Below are positions 24,501-36,717 of a stretch of DNA of 64,000 nucleotides, piece by piece. A model generated the notes under the pieces. The model searched no databases. It saw only the letters and a list, made by a program, of their open reading frames with translations, and was not told the origin of the DNA. Each line of letters begins with the position of its first letter. Within the stretch, counting starts at the first letter, position 1. The translations under genes and the position numbers were made by a program. The DNA comes from Amphiscolops sp. MND2022 (Eukaryota). The DNA lies in the NCBI GenBank assembly GCA_964187785.1, contig OZ076409.1, positions 63,428,001-63,492,000 of the forward strand, written 5' to 3'.

Positions 24501-27500
24501 TGTAAAACGGTTAAGTAACGCGTCCAAGTTTATTCGGTCCACGTAAATGCCACTCAAGCTGAAAAAGAACATTGATCAACAAACTATACTTGTTCCTCTT
24601 TTTGTTGATACATGATTTTATACATAGGTACATTAGATTAGTTTTGATGCGGAAACATCGTTGCATTCTTTGATATAAAGTATAGTTTGGCATAGAAGAT
24701 ATATCAATATCCAAATTGTTTTACCTCACCAAGTAGAAATAAAACATGGCGGAGTCAGTCATCTAATTTACAATTTTATACTGATTTTTCAGAAACAAAG
24801 AAGATTACACAAGAAGCAACACAAATCGAAGTTCCGAACTTGGAAGCAACAACCGACGGAAGGAAATAATTCACATCGAACCAATGGCTCGAATGATTCC
24901 GGCAATATACAAAACGAATATTTAAAAAGGATAAAGCGGAATTAATCCGGGGAGAAGAAATGACACAAAACGATTGGGCCATAAAAGAAACCAAGATACA
25001 AGGAGATTTCATATGGGGCATCGGTCCAGAAGCAATATATCAAAAGACAAAAGCAAAATATAAAACCGAACCGGACAAAACTGTATTAAAAGATTTGCTC
25101 CGGTTATTCAACGAACATTTGTTACCGAAAAGAAACACATATCACAACCGCGGAGAATTTTTTGGACCGAACAAATTGAACCCGAGATTTCTGGCGGAGA
25201 TCAATAGAAAGTGAAAAAGAATGTAACTTTGAAAATATAACCGCCAAATAATTGCTAAAAAATAACGAAAAATGAGCATTTGGAAAAAAATGAAACATGT
25301 ATACGAAGATTGTTTCGTATCACCAGTGGTAAAAACGGCAAAGAACGACAAATAGGTAAAAATTGCGCTCTAGACTTACGAAAACTAAGCGACAGCTGCA
25401 TTAAAGTCTGTTCACAGGTGCCGAAATGGAAGGATTGCTGAATCAAATTTCAGTGGAATTAACGAAAGACCGAGCGAAAGAACTAATGATATCAAAAATA
25501 GACGTTGATTACACATATGGTCAAAAGAAGTGATCGAAAGAAACAAGCAGACAATGTGTATTTGCCATTAACGACGGGAACATCAGCGGCTACTCCCGAT
25601 TCAAAAAAAAAGATTTTACGGATTAGCCGACGTGCCCTCAATTTTCGAGGAAAAAATTGACCGAACATTTTAATATTGCGCACCCGCATGGCTAGACGAT
25701 ATCGTAGTAGCATAGTAGTAACACGAGGAGATCGAAAACACCAATAAAAGAAACTGTTCGACGTGCTGAGAAAACTAGAAAAAGCCGGATACAAAGCAAG
25801 CGAAATGAAACCAGAATTTTTTTCATCACAAAACAAAATGGCTCGGACATGAAACAGACGCAAACTGGATCAAACCGAATAAATCAAAAGTCAAAGCTAT
25901 AATGGGTTTGAAACACCCGGACAATCAGAAACAACTAAAATCTTTCCTCAGGCCAATACAGTACCTGGTAAAATTTCGACCGAGATTATCGAAACGAACT
26001 GAGAAATTACGAAAATTATTGAAGAAAATCCCAGAATTGAATTGGGAAACAGAAGAAAACAATTTTGAAATGATAAAAAATATGTTATCTGAACAACCTT
26101 GTTTAGCACATTACGCAAAAGATAAAAACAACATCGTAACAAACGATGCAAGCAAAAGCGGTCTCGGAATAACATTAAGGCAGAAACAAACACGGAGAAT
26201 TGAAACCAATAGCTTCGGAACCAGATTTCTGAACGAAAGCGAGAAGAAGTATTTGATTGGAGAGCTCGAATTTTTAGCAGTCGTGTTGGGGTTAGAGAAA
26301 TTCCGTTCTTACCTATACGGAAAAAAGGTGTTTCTGTATAACGATCATCAAGCATTTGAACCTCTAATCAAAAGAAACAGATGTAACAAACAATACGACG
26401 CTAGACTAATCAAATCGCTAGACCGGCTAGCACACGTCGATATTTCAAAACAATATATAACCGGAAGCAATCCAAAATTTAGGGCTACAACTGAAAACAT
26501 GTATGATGAACAATATGTAATAAACATTCTCACAGATCAAGCCGAATTGAATTTGAAACACGGAAGAATCTTCACGAACCAATCACAACACGCATCGAAG
26601 AATAGAAGTACGTACGAACGCAAATAGAATAACCAATCAGAAACGAGTAGAACAATTGAGAAAAACCGATAAGTTAACAAAATGTACGAACAAACGGAAA
26701 CCAGTCCGAACAGCAACTCGATAAAGTTAAAACGTCAAGAAAAGTTACAAAAACGGAATTGTCAAAAACTGCCATTATCGTCCTCCGAAGAAAAAATGGA
26801 CCGTGGAGATTTTCTTTGGGGAGCAACAGCAGAAGTCGTGAAAATCACTCGAAGACGAGAAAAAAGTCCGAAGATGAAAAGATTATTTGAGAGACGATTG
26901 GAGATAGCAAGACCCAGCACGATGAGAAGATGCTAGGATAAGAATGCACGAAGAACCATCTGAGTCCCGTCGCGACTGAACAAAAGAAGCCAGAAGGAAA
27001 GAGCTCAAATCGACGGAGAACTCATACAACGCACAAACAGATTGGGGGAGGCTACCAATCAATCCAAGCAATCGAAGATGAACCGATCCAAGTTCAACTG
27101 GAGAAGTAACTCCCAGGAGAACAAACGAATGACCCAGAACGTGAAGGGGACAATCAAACCATGCGTGGAGATAATTTGCCAATTGTGGAACTAAGGAACT
27201 CCAACACTGAGGGCAAAGAAGCACACTACGTGCAAATTAACCAATTATTCGGAATCACCAAAGGGAACAATGTGACCGAAAAGATCATAAACCGAGCGGA
27301 AATGGATTTCATGCTAGATCTGAAAAGCATGACTGCAAAATCAGCAACGGATGCCGAATTAAACCGGGTAAAATTACCACTGAACAGAGAAGATTGCACC
27401 ATGGCACCGAAACAATACAGGCAACAATTTGAAAAACTGTCAGTGAAATGGGAATTAACACTCCTAAACGACAAAATCATAGTACCAAACGAATGCCGGA

Positions 27501-29316
27501 AAAGATTGTTGGACATGCTACATTTGGGACACGCGGGAACCATCATAATGACAGGAGAAGCCAAATTTTTTGATGGCCAAACATCAACAGAGATATTAAA
27601 GATAAAGTCAAAAACTGCATAACCAGCCTAGCATCTGGTAACAGCTTAAAATAACAAACGAAAGTGAAAAATTAAAAACTCTCTCCCAACCCGGACAAGA
27701 ACTTCAAATCGATTTTACCGGAAAATTACACAACCAAAAACTGAACGGCGAAAACCAATTACACATCGCAGTAGATAGATTTGGTAATTATCCGAACGTT
27801 AAAATTAGCTAAACTTCCGAAATGAAAGTGATAAAATTCCTAACACAGAAGTTTAACCTGTACGGAATACCGGAGAAATATGAATTGGAAACATGCGGTG
27901 CGTTCATTTTAAAAAAATTTAATGAATTCTGCCAGTAGAAGAATTTTGAAACAGAATACGGAACACGGAGAATACACACTGGTACGGGAGCATTAGAATG
28001 CGCAATATAAACCATAAAGAACTTGGTAGTGGCGAAATTAGAAGACAATTTGTGTTTGAATGTGGTAATACAGCGATAAAGGTATTGCGATTTACTATAC
28101 ACACGGGATTAAAATTAACACCGTTCGATGTGCGTCACGGCAGGAACCTGCGAACCGAATCAACTAATTTGGTTGAAGACGGTAAATCCTACCTTTCTGA
28201 TTGGTCCGAACTATCTGTTTCAGCTGAGTAAATGCCAAAAAGCCCCATCTACTGTCGAGAGGTGACGAGGGGGATATAACGAATTATCTCGTGTTGACGA
28301 AAACACGAGCCGAGGAAAAAGCGGTGGATAAACAACCTAAACAAAAAGGTTTGGTAAGTACCCTTTTACATTTGTAGAGAAAAACTTCATTAGAAAATCT
28401 TTAGAACGTAAATTTCAAAAGAAACAGTAAGCGGAAACGAACACACCGTAACCCATCGAGAATGGAAAATTAATTCGTCGAAAACATATTTCGGGAAAAA
28501 TTTTATTTCGGACAGATAAGAAGAAAAAACAGGCACCGCAAATCGGAGACGAAATCACACCGAAGAACCGACATTGTTTCCGAGGTGTCGACGGAAAATA
28601 CATTCAGTGTAATGAAACACTCCGGGACATAGTCAATGAAAACATGAAAAAATTCAAAACCGGATACGAAAATCTGAATCTGAGTCAGAACGTAAAGAAT
28701 GCGAAATCGACGAGGAATGCAGATTTTGAAATGGAGAATACGGACACTTCCGAAAAGAACGGGTATGAACCGATCAGCAAAAACCGCGAAGACGAGTTGA
28801 ACTTACACACGGACGGTGAGATACCTACCGGTGAGAATGAAAATTATTATTTAACAACCGAAAGTACATCTATTAGAAGATCAAACCGAAAACGCACGCA
28901 ACCTAGTAGATACGGGGAGTGCCATAAACCAAAAACTTTTGGGCGTGAAAAATAAAAATGTATGGTTTGTTTCAGGACTAAACCGAACTAACTTAAGAGT
29001 ACTGCCGAAACCATCGGACTTCGAAAGAGAGACAAGCCCATGCCTGTAACCTCCAAATTTTAAAAGGAAGCCCACAAGGGGGAAAGTAATACGATGAAAT
29101 ACCGCGTCCGAATTCATTCGGTTCACCTAAATGCCAATCAAACTGAAAAAGAACATTGATCAACTATAATTGTTCCTCTTTTTGTTGATACATATTTATA
29201 TACACATGTACATTAGATTACTTTTGATACGGAACCTTTGTTGCATTCTTTGTTATAATGTATAGAAGATATATCAGTATCCAAATTCTTTTACCTGACT
29301 AAGTAGAAATAGAACA
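24501..29316 (+). mobile_element. Old, decayed Ty3/Gypsy LTR retrotransposon with both LTRs
   Basis: Diverged LTRs at 24501-24746 and 29085-29316. PBS tggcggag at 24747, PPT aagggggaa. TSD ctttc/cttgc. RT/RNase H ORF 25902-26627 (DASKSGLG, ELEFLAVVLGLEKFRSYLYG) followed by integrase remnants (LHLGHAG). Confidence 0.9.
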
Positions 29317-31347
29317 CTTGCATACTGTTTAAAGTCTTTCTGAGCATTTTGCTAGGATTGAAATCATGATGTTCATGAAATTGAAAGAATTTTACCAAGA
29401 GATTCAAGATCTGTTTCAATTTGAATTTTTGGTAATAACAGACTTAGACTTTTACGTTTCTAGATTCCAGTATCAGAAAGAGGCAGCGCAGAATTTTTTT
29501 GACTTTGATGACAGGATCTTAAGAGAGACTCCTCCTCGTATTTTTTTAAAATTTTTTATTCCTTTTTTGTAATCAATAATCGCAAGATGACGTACTTTCA
29601 TGGAAGTGGAATTGCAATTCACTGACTCTCGACTGAAATCTGTGTTCTGTAGAATTGCTGTACAATTTTTGAATAATCTGCTTTCAAAGGAAGTTGTAGC
29701 CAGTGACATTGGTAGACTGAGCCGGCTCAACTGGAAACACAAACGTCTGGACCATTCAACTAGAAACATAAATGGAAAAATTGGTATGTCCTGGAGGACA
29801 CCAGTGATAGTAACCAATTAAAAAATAGAATAGTTATGATAACTCGATGTTCATCAAAATGTGGAATCGCAATAACGTTTATCCAGATTTCGTTTCCAAA
29901 TTGGAATCAATTGGAAGAAGCGAATGTAGTACAACTGGTTATACTTTGCTGTAGAGCACGGTGGCCAGCTCTGTCATGTTTGTATTCTACATGTTTGTGC
30001 ATAAATTACTCCGATGCCATTCATAAAACTAGCGAATACATAGTAAACTTATAAACCTGTTTACAAGAATGTGTTACAAACCATATTCGCCTGAGATGGA
30101 TGTTAAGCTCCATAAGGTCAATCTTCGGAAATGAATGCTTGCTAGATCAAACTAAATTGTGAGATGGCGAACTGTCATCAAAATAACTGTCGTCCGTCCA
30201 TCTATGTAAAGAATAAGAAAACATGCATCATAATTCCGAAGTACTGTCTTTCATTCGTAACTGGTACATGTTATGAACGTCCAAAGTTCAACTTTCTAGA
30301 ACCCAATAAATAAGCATGCATGCATGCGCGTTTCTAAGTGTAAAGCTTTGCACAGGCGGGTACTTTAATTTCTGGTAGTACTTGATAAATAAATTGGTTA
30401 TAAATCGAATTAGCGTAGAAATACCATCAAGTAGAAACTTGGCTAAAAGTGTTTGCAACTCGTAATTGAAGCGAAATTCAGGAGATGCGTGCTTAAACAC
30501 CTCAATTGCTGCTTTGAAAATTGCAAATCAAGTGAGCCAGATTGTTGGCTCGACGGTTTCGGTGACGTAATTTTCAGGTGTAATTGACCGGCTTTGATTT
30601 TTCGTATGTTTTAAAATTTCATTCAAGAACAAAATTCAAATACGAATGTTTTCACTATCTGTTCAGCCAAGGTTGACGTCAGAATGTATTTTCAGGTAAG
30701 CATGCAAGTTTTGAGTTTCAGAAATTAATTACAGAGAAGTGCTTTTCAAAACCACGCCGGTAAATTGAACCAATCAATACACTGGATTTCTTGCGAAGAG
30801 TTCAATTGTATGCAAAAATGCAATGAATGTGAATTTTAAATCGTGCGTTGGTTCTGAATCATAAAATACTCATGGATAATGGAATACTCGGTGAAAAACA
30901 GAATGAAAAAATTGATTTTTTTCTTTTCCTTACACTCCGTATTCTGTGAAATACTTCGTATGACGAAATATAATAAATTGCAACCTAGTTATGTGACTTT
31001 TAGTGCCGTCAGTAAAATAGAGTAAAACACACGCTTTAAGAACTTTTTAAAATACAAATAACCCATTCTATCGAATTTTGCTGCAAACATTTTTGAAACC
31101 CAAGGGCCAAAAAGGAAATCAACGACCAGTTCAAACTAAATTTTTAATTTGCATTTTCCTGACATCCATTTTAGATTTAAAAATGGCTTGACTCCTTTTT
31201 CTCATTCTCCCCTGGCTCTTTTTCCTTCCCCTTCACCCCACTCGTCACAAAAACTTGAATTTTATCTAATTCTGAGAATCAAAAGCACTTTTTCTATTTG
31301 TTGTATACTCGTTTCAAGAAAGATAATTCGTTAGCATAAAACTGTAT

Positions 31348-31631
31348 TGTTGCGTTTGCAATAAGATTGAAATTATTTTATTCAATAATCCTTCGAAAAA
31401 ACTTCATAAAATCTGAAATACATAGTAAAAAAATATCTTTTTTTTGGAAATATCAAAAAGTTAGTTCTTTGCTATCTCGAAATCATGGCTCATATTTGTT
31501 CATGTAAATTTCACTTGGTTTCTTTAAAAAGTTGCGGGATTGAATGATTTATTGTTCCCACATATGTTTTCTTCGAGTTTCATTCATTTGTCTTAATTCA
31601 AATACAAACTTTAGTCGCCTAAAGTTTTATA
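31348..31631 (+). repeat. 5' LTR (284 bp, TG...TA)
   Basis: Differs from the 3' LTR by two substitutions and one T in a homopolymer (by eye). Confidence 0.95.
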
Positions 31632-32619
31632 TGGTGGCCATAGAGAGGCACTCACAACCATTCGCGTAGTCTTTACAACAAACAATGAAGAAATGTATAG
31701 CAGAACGTTATCTCGCAAATCTGGCCACAATTATAACCCAAAACTAATTGTAGTGGCTGTTACCTACTCACGCAGTTATCACTGCCACTATTCGAGAATT
31801 CAACTCAAAACCTGGTTAACTTTCATCCACAAGGTCAGCTACGCCAGAGGTCGGATAAAAATCAATAGAAAATCCGGCAGTCTACATTCATTGGTCTTTG
31901 TTCAATCTGCTTCAATTGTTTGACCCACTGCCTCTGTTCAACTACTGGAGGAAACAGAAACTTTCGAAATCCACAACAGTGACCAATTCAGCCAACACTT
32001 ACACTTTTCTCCAACCAATCTCCGCTCCCGACAAGGTTCTAGGTAATCGGACTGAGAAGGGCGAGCGACATCCTTAGTATTGAGGCAGCAGAACGCAAAA
32101 GATAACTGGCGAGCTACTGATGGGAAACCCGTGACGAACAATAGGGAATTCCCCCGATGGCAAATCACTGAAAGTTCTTCCCTGACCTCTGGAAGATATC
32201 GTTACTAACACAACTGTTAGAAACCTATTTACATCTGTATTTTTTAATAGTGTGCTTGGATTTCGAGATAGCAAAAGATTATTAAAAAAAAAACAAAAAA
32301 GCAGCCCATTTGAGTAACTTTTGTAGAATCCTCGTATTTATTTCCTGTTTTTTTGCGACATTCTGCGATTTGAATTGAGCTGTAGTTTTACAAAAAAAGG
32401 CATGTAAAGTTTCATTGAAACAAAATCATCTGACGTTTCGGAATCCGTCTAACAGGAAACCCTGATTTCTTTGATGATTTGACCCAGTCGTTTCAAAAAA
32501 AATCTAAGAAAAATTTTAAAAACAATTTTGAGATTCCTGCGAATCGTTTGAGGTCATAACTGAAGAATAACCCCACATTCTGTTAAGTGATAAATATGAT
32601 CTTCTAACAAAAAACACGC

Positions 32620-33234
32620 ATGGTTTTCATCTTAGCCGCTAGTTCTCTACACCATGCTCTCGAAACCTTAACCATCGAAGAGAAAACTCGATATAACGAC
32701 AAGATTTTCTCTATCCCGGGTCTGAGTCTTAATCCTAAAACAAAAAATCCGAAAAAAGTAGTGCAAAACTTGCTCTCAAAAGATCTCGCCGAAAAAAACG
32801 ACATTGTTATTTGGCATGATGTCCTGAATAACAGCATTTCTCGACACGATAGTAAAAATTTTTGTTCTTTATCAGTACCTGATTTGATTGAAGTCTTAAA
32901 AGGTTTTCATGACAAGCTTTGTGCTCTGGTGTATTGTCATCGCTATCGTACCCCGGACATTTTTGAACAATTGAAAGTGTTAGAAGCCGATCTGCACGTC
33001 AAAGTGTTCAACATTGTCAGAGACTTTATTTCACCGAAAAAACAAAAGGATGCCGAGCTCCTGAAAAAATTTAAAGCACTGCACCAGAGCCCCGAGCTTG
33101 AACTGAAAAATCTCGACTTCTTGCTCCGTAAAGAGAACGATCTTTCTGTGATTACCGAGAAAAGCCGCCCAAAGAGGCCTAGCAAGCGTGCCCAAAACGC
33201 TATTAAAAGAGCATCTGTGAATCCTTCACGGTAA
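32620..33234 (+). CDS. ORF0 of the BEL element: 204-aa protein with SGNH/GDSL-like motif pattern and basic C-terminal tail
   Basis: Intact ORF between PBS and gag. Block-like motifs VFILAASS, SIPGLS, DIVIWHDVLNN and ALHQS. Homologous relic at 61180-61757. The fold call is inference. Confidence 0.7.
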   Translation: MVFILAASSLHHALETLTIEEKTRYNDKIFSIPGLSLNPKTKNPKKVVQNLLSKDLAEKNDIVIWHDVLNNSISRHDSKNFCSLSVPDLIEVLKGFHDKLCALVYCHRYRTPDIFEQLKVLEADLHVKVFNIVRDFISPKKQKDAELLKKFKALHQSPELELKNLDFLLRKENDLSVITEKSRPKRPSKRAQNAIKRASVNPSR

Positions 33235-33869
33235 CACCCCGTTTTCTCTTGACTGTGGAGACAGTGTCCAGACTTCACTGTCTGGTTGAAGTTTCCACAG
33301 CTCGTTGCTTGTTTCAGAGTTGTGTCCAGACTTAGTTGTCTGGTTGATACTCTGTAAACTTATTCAATTTTTTAACGGGGTCCAATTTTTATTGATTGAT
33401 CAAAATTGCGAAAGCTGACTCAAACTTTCTTTAATTACTAGGAAAAGGTTTCTAGTCTTATTCCGGGCCCACATTTAATTTTTCCGATAGTTACCGTTAA
33501 CAATTAATTCTTTTTAGAGTATTCGCTTTTTTTATTAATTAATGATTTTATAATTCAGTTTTCATCTCTCACTGTTAAAATAGTGTCCGGACTTAATTGT
33601 CCAGTTGAAATCCTGCCAGTCCATCTCCTTTAACAGCAACTCGCTTTGAGATAGCGTTTCTAGCGCAACTTCGGGTTTTGTCTTTCGTCTCCGTATTCTG
33701 TGACTACTTTTACACCCCAAAAAGTCAATCCTTTTCCAACTTTCCACGATCAGCCGCGTCTAAGCTTCGTTGCTTGGTTGACGCTGACGAAGGGAAACCT
33801 GAGAACTTTCCTGATCATCACCCAAAGACCACTACCTTGTTGAGTCTATAACGCAATCACTCGAGTAGA

Positions 33870-36716
33870 ATGGCTAACACCATGCAAGAAAAAGTCAAAA
33901 AACTTTTCGAAAGTCGTGCCAAAGCCGAGATCGAGTTACAGAGATTGCATGAGAAAGTCCAAGATGCTGTGGAGAACAAAGATAGACGTGTCCGCATTGA
34001 AAGACTTGTTACTTCCTGTGACGAAGCAATGACTAAATTGTTTGCCAAACATGAACAACTTTTCGAACTCGCAGGCAAAACAGAAGACCCGTCACTTGTT
34101 ACACAAGATTTGGAAACTTGGTTGAAAGAAGTGACCACTCGAAACGATGAGATTTTAAAGAAGGCTCGTGACTACATCGATCAATGTCCACTCGTCGATG
34201 CAGCATCTCAATCGTCAACGACTGTCACCAAAAGCAAGCAACCAAGCAAAACGTCAACTTCAAGGACATCCAGACAATCGAGAACATCCAGTCAACGACA
34301 AAGGGACTTGCTAATTGCCAAACAACGTAAGGTGGAGATAGAAAGGCAAAACGAAGCCGCCCTTAGATTTGCAAAGCAACAGCAGGAACTGGAACTCGAA
34401 CGTCTACAGGAAGAACAGGAACTACTTAGACTGAGAACCGACCGACTTAGGAAAGAACAAGCACTTGAAGTTGAACAGTTAGAAGAAGAAAACCGAAAGA
34501 AACTAGCTGAAGCAACACTCACCGAGCTTGAACTGACAGACGACTTGTCGGACTCTCAATCAGAGCTTCTGGACACGGTGACGCAATTAGCTACTTCGAC
34601 TAAAGCTGACGATACGCTCCGAGTAAGCGAGTGGGTTAACAATTCACCCATTACCACTGCAAGTCACCCCGCAAACACTGCAGTTTTGGACACAAACACT
34701 GTTACCGTTACTACTGCAGCGCCACAATCGGTCGATATGGGGGCTCCCACAAAAACCCCATTACCTAGCAATCCAGTAGTGATTTCTGTAACTCCACCGC
34801 CCGCGCCAACGGCTAACGACAAGCCATCAGTTACGGGACTAGGTTCATTAGTTTACATACCAACTATGGAACCTGTCCAAAATCCACAACTAACTACGAC
34901 TCCTCCGAGAACTTCTCCTTTGATTACCGCTACGGTACAGCCAGCGCCCACAGTCACAGTTCCCGCAAGCCATCTTCTTCCAAACTTATCGGCCTGGACG
35001 TTCCCGACAGGACCAAGCAACCCGCATGTTGGCGCAACTCCTGTAACCACGAATCAGAATGTAATTCCGACAGTTCTTCCGACTACCAGTGTTGCCACAA
35101 CAACCTCGCCTATTATTCCAGTCACCGCTGGAGGAACCGTATACTACATTAACCCGACGTCTATGGCAACAGTGTCCGCACCGAACAGCGCACCAATTCC
35201 GAGTACATTCCCGACCATTCCTTCAGCAACGCAATTTGCACCTCCTACGTTCATCTCTGCACCGCAACCAGCGACAAGCAGTTTCACTGTTCAAGATCTT
35301 GCGCAACTGTTAGCTTCGTCAAAGAGGGACCACCTCCCGGAATGGAAACTGGCACAGTACAGTGGAGACCCACTTCAATGGCACGAGTGGTATGGTCAGT
35401 TCAAGAGTGCCATCGATTCAGCCCCGCTGACCGATGACGTAAAACTGACTTATCTAAAGACACTGGTGTCAGGTAAGGCGAAGACTACTATCGCAGAGTT
35501 TGCCTACAGCGGTACCATGTACAAAGATGCGCTGAAAACGTTGGAACGAAAGTTTGGGCAACCTCAAACCGTGGTTAGTGCCTATCTTGACAAACTTGCC
35601 AACTATCCGCCAGTCAAAATGCACAATAGCGATAGCATCATCAGCTATTCTGCCACTGTTTCCTCACTTTTCGGCGTTTTCCGATCCTTGAATTACCTCC
35701 AGGATTTGTCGAGCGCTTCGCTCATGAACCAAGCAGTTCAAAAACTTCCACCGAATTTGAAGGAAGCCTGGTCTATGAACACTGTCAAACGGAACCTGGA
35801 CCGGCCGACGTTGATTCACTTCAATGACTGGCTGAAGGAAAAAACAGAAGCGCACGAACGCATGAAAGCCACCTCCAGTAAACCAAGGACTGAAGAAGCT
35901 TCTGCCAACACTGTCACTAAGACAAAAACGGGAACCAAGGTTTTTGCGGCGACCACGAGCAATCAAGTGAAAACTGTCCCCAAGATTAGAAGTGAGAAAC
36001 AGTGCATAGCCTGTAAAGACAGTCACCCACTGTGGCGATGCTCAGTATTCCGCCAAAAAACTCCAACTGAAAGAACCAAGCTGGCTGCCGAGAGTAAACT
36101 ATGCTTTTCATGTTTGAACGACGGACATTCATTCCGACAATGCCCGCAACCAAGAAAGTGCACCAAGGAAGGCTGTAGTAGCTCGCATAACACTTTACTG
36201 CACGGCGCCGATAGAATTTTCCCTCAGAAAAGTCTCGGCGATACAGAAACTACCCAAAGTAGTAAAACAAAGGTCAATCAGAAACAAACCGGCAGTGAAA
36301 GTTCCGGCCTGCCTTCCGTAATTGATTACAAAAGCTTGTTGCAAATAGCAGAAGTTCAGTTGGACTCATTGTCAAGCTCCGTGAAAGTCCTCGCTTTATG
36401 CGACTCAGCTTGTAGTCATTCTTGGATCTCAAGGAGTTTAGCTCACAAACTACGAGTCAAAGGCTCAGCAACCAAGTTAACCGTACACGGGATAAATTCC
36501 CAGCAAGTGGTCGACACAGAAACAGTTGAGCTTAAGTTGACGCCCTTTCATTCGGGTGGCTCTTGTTCAACTTTTCCTGTCACGCCTTATGTCCGAGATG
36601 ATTTGAAAGTGGGAAACGACGTCATCGACATTGACAATCTGAAAAAGATTTACCCACATTTAGAACCGATCCCCCTCAGCAAGTACAGCTATTCAAAGAT
36701 GTTGTACAGATATTGA
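33870..36716 (+). CDS. BEL/Pao gag + aspartic protease (frameshifts into pol near 36700)
   Basis: Coiled coil, long Thr/Pro linker, BEL gag core (YSGDPLQWHEWYGQF...KLTYLKTLVSG), three zinc knuckles (CIACKDSHPLWRC, CFSCLNDGHSFRQC, CTKEGCSSSHNTLLH), protease ALCDSACSHSWI. Confidence 0.93.
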   Translation: MANTMQEKVKKLFESRAKAEIELQRLHEKVQDAVENKDRRVRIERLVTSCDEAMTKLFAKHEQLFELAGKTEDPSLVTQDLETWLKEVTTRNDEILKKARDYIDQCPLVDAASQSSTTVTKSKQPSKTSTSRTSRQSRTSSQRQRDLLIAKQRKVEIERQNEAALRFAKQQQELELERLQEEQELLRLRTDRLRKEQALEVEQLEEENRKKLAEATLTELELTDDLSDSQSELLDTVTQLATSTKADDTLRVSEWVNNSPITTASHPANTAVLDTNTVTVTTAAPQSVDMGAPTKTPLPSNPVVISVTPPPAPTANDKPSVTGLGSLVYIPTMEPVQNPQLTTTPPRTSPLITATVQPAPTVTVPASHLLPNLSAWTFPTGPSNPHVGATPVTTNQNVIPTVLPTTSVATTTSPIIPVTAGGTVYYINPTSMATVSAPNSAPIPSTFPTIPSATQFAPPTFISAPQPATSSFTVQDLAQLLASSKRDHLPEWKLAQYSGDPLQWHEWYGQFKSAIDSAPLTDDVKLTYLKTLVSGKAKTTIAEFAYSGTMYKDALKTLERKFGQPQTVVSAYLDKLANYPPVKMHNSDSIISYSATVSSLFGVFRSLNYLQDLSSASLMNQAVQKLPPNLKEAWSMNTVKRNLDRPTLIHFNDWLKEKTEAHERMKATSSKPRTEEASANTVTKTKTGTKVFAATTSNQVKTVPKIRSEKQCIACKDSHPLWRCSVFRQKTPTERTKLAAESKLCFSCLNDGHSFRQCPQPRKCTKEGCSSSHNTLLHGADRIFPQKSLGDTETTQSSKTKVNQKQTGSESSGLPSVIDYKSLLQIAEVQLDSLSSSVKVLALCDSACSHSWISRSLAHKLRVKGSATKLTVHGINSQQVVDTETVELKLTPFHSGGSCSTFPVTPYVRDDLKVGNDVIDIDNLKKIYPHLEPIPLSKYSYSKMLYRY

Positions 36717-36717
36717 G

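Noticed and set aside
30570..30700. Plus-strand exon suggested by ttttcag| and CAG|GTAAGC
   Set aside because: No open frame or partner exon could be linked.
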